A stretch of 64,000 bases of DNA, from assembly GCA_951406725.2 (NCBI GenBank), contig OX597814.1, positions 144,584,001-144,648,000 of the forward strand, written 5' to 3'. The notes beneath the pieces were generated by a model. That model saw nothing but the letters and a program-made list of their open reading frames with translations. It was not told where the DNA came from and made no database searches. The stretch is from Octopus vulgaris (Eukaryota). Positions 57,201-64,000 of the stretch are shown here, piece by piece. The position numbers and the translations under genes are program-made. How positions within the stretch are numbered: position 1 is the first letter of the stretch; each line of letters starts with the position of its first letter.

Positions 57201-60200
57201 ACTAATCTAAGATTAAAAGCATTCAAGAAAGGCAGCGAGCTGGCAGAAACGTTAGCACGCTGGGCGAAATGCTTAGTGGTATTTCGTCTGCCACTACGTT
57301 CTGAGTCTAAATTCCGCTGAGGTCGACTTTGCCTTTCATCCTTTTGGGGTTGATAAATTAAGTACCAGATACGCACTGGGGTTGATGTAATCAACTTAAT
57401 CCATTTGTCTGTCCCCACTATGTTTAGCCCCTTGTGGGCAATAAAGAAATAAGATTAAAAGCATTCAAGCTATTATTACTTTGTCGTGTTTTCAAGATTA
57501 TCCTGTGCTTTTATCTAAGCTGGTGTAGTGTGATGTGATGGGAATTTGACTTGTTTCTAGCAAGTTGAGTGATTATGTAGAAGTTCTCCAAAAATGTCAT
57601 CTACACAACAAATTAACTTTATTTAGTGATCATTTACAGGCTTCATTTCATGGGTACCTCTATTGATACTTATTTCTTAACATTTAGTAAAATTTGTTTT
57701 GATTCTCTGTTAATCCACCACCAGAGATTCCTGTGCATCTTTTTTGTTCCCATTGCTTACATTATTCTATTCATCTCTTTTGCTGAAATGCTAAGTTATG
57801 GAGATGTAAACCAGCTAGTAGTAGTTATCAAGTGCAAAGAGGTGGGGGGTCAAACACTGATACACACATAAACAAACACAGCAGAGTTTTACACAGTTGC
57901 CATCTACTAAATCCACTGACAAGGCATTGGTTAGCCTGACTCTGGCTCTTGTAGAAGACATATACCCAAGGTGCTGCACAATGGGACTGCACCTGAAGCT
58001 ATGTTGCAAAGTGGGCTTCCTTACTTTACAGCCATACCTGCACCTGTGTCAACATTGTTTACACAGTATCAAATTCTTACCTATTTTTTTTTCCCTTCAT
58101 ATTGAACCTATCATAGAATTTAAACTCATAATTTAGGAGTAATTCAATATACACAGCACATTACTGAGAGCACAAGTAGGAAGGCAGTAGTTGTATCACA
58201 CTGAAACTATTTATATTCTAAACAACCTGGATGGTATCAGGAATTTGTTCTTTTACTAACTAGCACTTTTAATTTTTGCCATGTTGACTATTGGGCCTTT
58301 GTCCTGTTATAGCTCTAAGGGGTCCATACTACATTTTTCAGGGCTACCTAAAATACAGCTGGGACATTTAGTTCGTACAGAAGTTTCTAAGGAATGATAA
58401 GCAAGTTCAACTGCTCATTTTACTTGAAAAAAAGCTCTTGTTGGGGTTTTGCAACAGGAAAGTCTACCTCAATAACTTTATTCTAATTCATGCCAGTGTG
58501 GAAGAATAAACTTAAAAAATGATGTTAACAAGCATGCAATTAACTTTGTCATTATCCTCATATGTCCTTCTTTATGTTAATACAATATGATAAATATTGA
58601 TCATTACATTACATTACTCTAGTTTTGTGTACTATCTAATTCTTGTCTGCCCGAGTTGAAAATTCTTGTCTGCTTGAGTTCTCCTCTGCCCGCGTTGAAA
58701 ATTCGTCTATATGATGTGACAAAATTTCTTTTCCAGATTAAGTAACTCGATCTGATATACACACGTAATCTATTTTGATCTGACTTGTAACATGTGTAAC
58801 ATAATCACTGAAAGAGACCAAAGTTAGTAATTACACAGTAATGGTGTAATATCAGTATTTTCATTGAATTTGCCATTTACCAGCTGTTGTGTATGCATGA
58901 ACTTATAATATTGGATGTGGTATTGTCTTCACTAGCTTTTGTTAAGTACCAGATCAGCTTTTATTAAGCAAGCTTTGATTAAGAGCATTCCAGCCATCAC
59001 CATCCTTTTCTGTATATCTGAGATTATTATACCAATTAATGTATCTTTTTTGTAGCTTTCATTATATGTTGTTTTCATGTAGAGTATCTAAGGTGTGTTG
59101 ATCTGGCAGAATTCATCCCTCTGTTTAGCTTAAGAATCTCCATATTTTTTTTTCTACTCTAGGCACATGGCCTGAAATTTTGTGGGGAGGAGGGCCATTT
59201 AATTAGATCGTCCCCAGTATGCAACTGGTACTTAATTTATCGACCCCGAAAGGATGAAAGGCAAAGTCGACCTTGGCGAAATTTAAACTCGGAACGTAAA
59301 GACAGACGAAATACTGCAAAGCATTTCGCCTGGTGTGCTAACGTTTCTGCCAGCTCGCCGCCTTAATCTCGCATCATATTGACTCACCTGTTTTAAAAGT
59401 TTGCTTTAGAAACCATCTGGTTTTGAGTTTGATTCCACTATGTAATACCTTAGGCAATTGTGTTCTACCATATATCCTGGTTCACCTATGTCTTGTGAGT
59501 GAAATTTGGTTGACTGAAACTGTTGAAAGCCCATCATATACATACTTCTGTGTTTAGATTTTGACTGAAAAATCCATTTTCTAATAAAATTTGACTGTTT
59601 GAATTATTTCCATTTGTTTTAAATTTATCTAATTTAAATTCAGATTTCTGACGATGAAGATGACACCCATCCAAATATTGACACAGCCAGCTTGTTCCGC
59701 TGGCGTCACCAGGCTCGTATTGAGAAGATGGAACAGGCGAAAAAGGAGAGAGAAAGCTTTGAAGAAAGTGTCAAAACGTATGTACACAGTGTTTCATTGT
59801 TGGTTGCTGTTAAGTTCCATGTGGGACCACCATATGATCAAAACCCTTCTAGCCATAACCATCTTGTCACTTTGTAAACCAGAGTCTACACTGCCTATGT
59901 CTCCTTAATAATGGAACCTTTATCATTTACTTGTTTCAGTCATTGGACTGCAGCCATGCTGGTGTACTTGCTTTGAAGGATTTAGTTGAATAAATTGACC
60001 CCAGTACTTATTTACTAAGTCTGGTATGTAGTCTATTGGACTCTTGCCAAACCACTAAATTATGGGGATGTAAACAAACCAGCACCTGTTAAGTGGTGGT
60101 GGTAAGAGGAGAAACACAGAAGTAGTGTACATTTGAGTGAGATTTAATGTTTATAGCATTATGAGCGTCTGTGTACAATTTCCTCATTGGCTCATTCTTT

Positions 60201-61226
60201 ACACATGAAGGCATAGCTACAAAGAAGTTGCTGGACCACTGACCTTATTATTTCAAACCTTTACTGGAATCATTATGTTGTTGAGCTGACCTGTGATCAA
60301 AGACATTTCGGCCGTAACTACCCTGTCTTTAGAAATGAAATGGACATCAGAGAGATTAAATCCTGGAAGGGGTAGACCCAGGAAGATGTGGGACAAAGTG
60401 GTGAAATGTGATCTTCGGTTGTTGAGCCTCATGGAGGCAAGGATAAATAACTGAGACTTCTGGTGATTTGCTGTGCTTGAGAAGACATGTCAAGCTAAGT
60501 AAATTGTGGTAAAAAAAACATCCAGTACACTTTGTAAAGTAGTTGGTGTTAAGAAGAGCAGCGAGCTGTAGAAATCATTCCAAAACAAACTGGAACCTGG
60601 TGCAGCTCTCCCACCCATGCCAGACATTACAATGATGATGATTACAACACATCATCATCCTTTAACGTCTGCTTTCCATGCTGGCATAGGTTGGACAGTT
60701 TGACCAGAGCTGGCAAGCTGGAGAACTGCACCAGGTTCCAGTCTGATTTGGCATGGCTTCTATGTCTGGATGCCCTTTCTAATGCCAACCACTTTACAGT
60801 GTGTGCTGAGTGCTTTTAATATGGCACTGGCACGAGTGTTTTTGTGTGGCACTCCATGTTGTTTTATATGTTGGAATGTGCAATATAATCTTCACCTAGT
60901 TGGATGCAGGGACAGTATATTTCTGGCTCTCTGCCTGTTTACCCAACTACCTACAATGAAAGATATCTTCTTGATTGAAACTGATCTTGAAAATACTCAA
61001 CAAAACGACAACCAATTAATATAAAATATAGCTATTTACTCACTCCATCTAAATTCTCAGTCTATTTCCAAAATAAATTGAATTGAAATTTTATTGGTTG
61101 TGTATTTCAATTGTGAGTTCAATACAGGTTTTGGGGCAATTGTAGTAGAATTTATTTCCTTATAACTATTTCAGAAATAAGAAAAGGTTAGAGGAAAAAA
61201 AACAGAAACTCAATGAAGCTGATAAG
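39588..61226 (+). CDS. CDC37: Hsp90 co-chaperone Cdc37, 5' part (exons 39588-39623, 59644-59777, 61175-61226); gene continues past the window
   Basis: Spliced translation [12 protein letters not shown]|[44 protein letters not shown]|[18 protein letters not shown] is the Cdc37 N-terminal signature. Confidence 0.93.
39790..40180. repeat. Compound (TA)/(TG)/(TCTA) microsatellite tract
   Basis: Seen directly. Confidence 0.85.
41508..41737 (+). mobile_element. tRNA-derived SINE family B with MetaSINE-like central domain; other copies near 3260, 19330, 31185, 42542, 46008, 56336, 59150
   Basis: GGCGGTGAGCTGGCAGAA head; GCCTTTCATCCTTTC.GGGTCGAT...AGTACCAG core; AATAAAGAAATA tail. The domain assignment is from memory. 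Confidence 0.8.
42651..42735. mobile_element. 85-bp foldback mini-element inserted in a family B SINE
   Basis: Perfect 20-bp TIR AGGTAAAGAATACGTACACC; internal TTAGGGTT. Confidence 0.65.
44142..45718. repeat. Local direct duplication, ~630-660 bp (44142-44768 and 45062-45718)
   Basis: Both copies carry the same flank, (CA/TA)n tract and RTE 3' UTR, ending ACGATTCAGAAGTACTTTTTA. Confidence 0.85.
45295..47358 (-). mobile_element. Degraded 5'-truncated RTE LINE, interrupted by a family B SINE (~46008-46237)
   Basis: RT remnants and RGRPRKTW C-terminus; homologous to 47385-50043. Confidence 0.85.
47385..50043 (-). mobile_element. 5'-truncated, frameshifted RTE-clade LINE
   Basis: End of endonuclease (QHRLVV), [30 protein letters not shown], Cys-rich insert, RGRPRKTW, 3' UTR with (GAT)n tail. 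Confidence 0.93.
50650..53600 (-). mobile_element. Heavily decayed Penelope-like retroelement interrupted by SINE fragments
   Basis: Strong strand skew; remnants resembling PLE RT (PPDY.NL near 52960; SNIS...VLQYF near 53190) and GIY-YIG (IY.LTCAC near 50800). Confidence 0.4.
54618..55960 (+). mobile_element. 5'-truncated CR1-group LINE (second family), RT ORF 54698-55570 with downstream stops, (TAAC)n-like tail
   Basis: KKG...[29 protein letters not shown]. Confidence 0.9.
57228..57449 (+). mobile_element. SINE family B, full length with 20-bp TSD
   Basis: TAAGATTAAAAGCATTCAAG at 57208-57227 and 57450-57469. Confidence 0.88.
59644..59777 (+). CDS. CDC37: CDC37 exon 2 ([25 protein letters not shown]...)
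   Basis: TTCAG acceptor, GTATGT donor, 134 nt; contains the SDDED CK2 site and the HPNID motif. Confidence 0.95.
61175..61226 (+). CDS. CDC37: CDC37 exon 3 ([17 protein letters not shown])
   Basis: TTTCAG acceptor, AAG|GTAAGT donor, 52 nt; phase fits exon 2; coiled-coil composition. Confidence 0.8.
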
Positions 61227-61271
61227 GTAAGTAATTGTGAAGATTTCACCTTCAGATTTTAAGATTTAAGT

Positions 61272-61599
61272 CAGGGGTTCTCAACTATTTTTTACCTATG
61301 AACCTCTTTGCTTACTATTTTCTTCTGGTGGACTCTCGTATCCATTGTATGTTTAAAAACTAGTTTTATAGAAACTTCTTTCAAAATTCCTATTTTGTTT
61401 TTCCCACATTACCTTGTGTAGGTTGAACTATGTAAACTTAGAAAAAGAAACCTGTTTGTTTCTTGCAATACGCACCAATGCATACATCTAAAGCAAACAT
61501 TTTTAGTGGCTCTTAAAATAGTATTGTGGATCCTTATCTTACTATTTTGTTTCTTGGACCCCCCACAAATCTTATATGGATACTGGTTGAGGACCTCTG
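61272..61599. mobile_element. hAT/Charlie-like MITE 45 bp downstream of CDC37 exon 3
   Basis: CAGGGGTTCTCAAC / GTTGAGGACCTCTG TIR; perfect 8-bp TSD ATTTAAGT. Confidence 0.85.
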
Positions 61600-63614
61600 A
61601 TTTAAGTAATGAGACAGATCTTATTGTGATGTATTTTATGTATTTTATGTATTTTATGTATATATTTACTGTCTTTTGAAATTTTGCTTTGAGTTTGTTG
61701 CAATTTTATGTGTCTATAAGTAAAGGTACATGCTCTTTTATTGGATTCAGCCACTGAATTGTGGCCATGCTGGGGCTCTGCCTTCTAGGGTACAGTAAAT
61801 TATACCAACCCAAGCAGTTATTTTATTGAACTGGGCAAGAATTGATCTGGTAGTAAAGAGTTGTAATCAAATATTACAAAATATTTCATCCTGCCATCTA
61901 CTGGTTCTTCCATCGAAATGCCTATTTGTGTCTTATTTAAATACACAAGGTGCCAGTGCCATGTAAAAAGCACCCAGTATACTCAGTAAAGTGGTTGATG
62001 TTAGAAGGTCATGCAGCCAATAGAAACCATGCCAAAGCAGACAATTGAGGCCTAGTGCAGCTCTCTGGCTGGCTATTTCCTGCTAAACTGCCCAACCCAT
62101 GCCAGCATGAAAATTGGATGTTAACTGATGATGATGGTCAGTAAATTAGTAATCAGTAAATATTTATAAATGTTTTCAGTGTTGTACTTTTGATCCATTA
62201 ATTGTTTGATTTGAAGAAGGGCCCTGTCCAAAATATGTTCATTCACCTCCATGGCACATGAACTTGTCTTTAAAAGAAAAAAAAATTATAAGCTGTTTCT
62301 CAGATTTCCATCAATTATCCATTGATAATTAATAAAGTCTTTCATAACTATTCATAATTTGCCATCGCTTTGAACCTGAATGATATAACTGCATGGGGGA
62401 ATAGGATTTAGATTAGAGGGAATTTTCGTTTTTAATTTACAAAACTTCATTACCTCTTAATGTGTAGTTTTCAATGAATGATAGAAGCTGTGCAATTGTA
62501 GTGTCATGTAACTCGATCAATAGCCTGTTCTTATTTAATTCTTGCTTAAAAGAAAGTGTCTCACTGAGAATAATTACTCTCAGTTGTTACTTGATTTGTT
62601 TTAAATTTTGGTATCTAGTAACAGGTTGAGATAGTTCATATTTTTAGTTTAAGAATTGGAATAGTATGGAATGGAATTGTTTTGTCCCAAGTCAGCTCTG
62701 ATTAAGCAGACATTTAATTAAAAGCATTGAAGCTATAACCATGCTATCTCTTTGTATATTGAGGACTACATTGTGCAATGTAGCCTTCCTCTTTTTAAGA
62801 TAGTAGGGTGAGTTTAAGGGGGTTTTGACTTATTTCTAGCAAGTAATGTGATTACATAAAGGCAACCTTGTTCACATTATAATTATTATTTTTAAAGTGG
62901 TAGTCTACAATTCTCCTTTCTATTTCTAAACAATCTTGTCCAGTCAGGAATAATTGTGTGTTCTGATGTTGAAACAAGTCTGAGCAAGTTGTGGTAGTTT
63001 TCAATGGCTGTTAATTAAGCTTTTTATCATGTGAGGTTTGTTTGATGTTGAAAATTGATGGGAATAAACAAGCTGTTAATGCTGTCAACATCTTTTGTAA
63101 ATTGGTTGTATATGTAATGTGATGATTTGTATTCAATGATTTCATGTGGCAACTACTAAGCCATGTATGTTACATCATATTGACCATCACATGGGTTGTT
63201 ACCAACTTAATCCTTTAGCATTCAGATTTTTCTCTCGAATGTAATACTCATTCATTCACATTGTTTTAAATTAATCCTGCATTATCCCATAGCTTTGGTA
63301 TTTAGGTGATGTGGTTGTTTGTTTTTATAATGACACTGTAGGGTAGGTGTGAGAAGCCAGATCAGCTAAGTTTGAACATAAAACAAGAAGAATATTTGGG
63401 CCAGATTTGGCTGGGTTGTTAGAAGCTGTATGGTTTTGTATAAACTGATCAACAGCCAGTTCTTAATATTATATAAAGTAAAAATGACATTGTAGACAGT
63501 AAGAGTAGGGATACTGTTGTGAAGTTGTAGCTATCAGCAGAGAAATGCAGGAGAGAGCTAATATGTGCCAATCCTTCAACAGTTACACTAAATCCCGGAT
63601 GTGATTATCCTTTA

Positions 63615-64000
63615 TTTTTTACTTGTTTTAGTCAGATCGTGGCCATGCTTGGGCACTGCCTTGAAGAATTTTTAGTCAAATGAATCAACCCCAGTATTTT
63701 CTTTTGTTTTTGTAAGCCTGGTTCTTATTCTATTGATCTCATTTGCCGAACTGCTAAGTTATGGGGGACATAAACACACTGACACTGGTTAAGTGGTGGT
63801 GAGGAGACAAACATAAGCACAAACACGCACACACACCCACATATATATGCATCCATATATATGACAGGCTTCTTTCAGTTTCCATCTTTCCAAATCCATT
63901 TACAAGGATTTGGTCAGCCTGAGGCTATAATAGATGACACTTGCCCAAGGTACCACACAATGGGACAACCTAGAACTAAATGGTTGGGAAGCAAGCCATA
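63615..64000 (-). mobile_element. SINE family A, diverged
   Basis: Homology to the other copies. Confidence 0.75.

Noticed and set aside
58640-58705. Short repeated TCTGCCCGAGTTGAAAATTC units
   Set aside because: Only 2-3 degenerate copies; probably a transposon subterminal remnant and too little to classify.

Overview
AT-rich, repeat-dense eukaryotic DNA. The SINE, RTE and microsatellite repertoire looks like an Octopus (coleoid cephalopod) genome; this is an inference from repeat recognition. Two divergently transcribed genes can be assembled by hand. (1) A complete 11-exon CYP20A1-like cytochrome P450 on the - strand (ATG 32157 to TAA 4486; 1407 nt, 468 aa; all introns GT-AG with matching phases). 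(2) The first three coding exons of the Hsp90 co-chaperone CDC37 on the + strand (39588-61226, continuing beyond the window). The main oddity is that the intact P450 has Asp (codon GAT, 4657-4659) exactly where the near-invariant heme-thiolate Cys belongs, and its I-helix motif is also degenerate, so it is a candidate non-canonical or pseudo-enzyme P450. The rest is transposon-derived: three tRNA-derived SINE families, RTE, CR1 and L2-group LINEs, Penelope-like remnants (one with a decayed hammerhead ribozyme inside a 52-bp perfect inverted repeat), hAT-, piggyBac- and MULE-like MITEs, Helentron-type elements, two minisatellites flanking CYP20 exon 7, and many microsatellites. Most ORFs in the supplied track are spurious. 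Repeat boundaries without TSDs are approximate.
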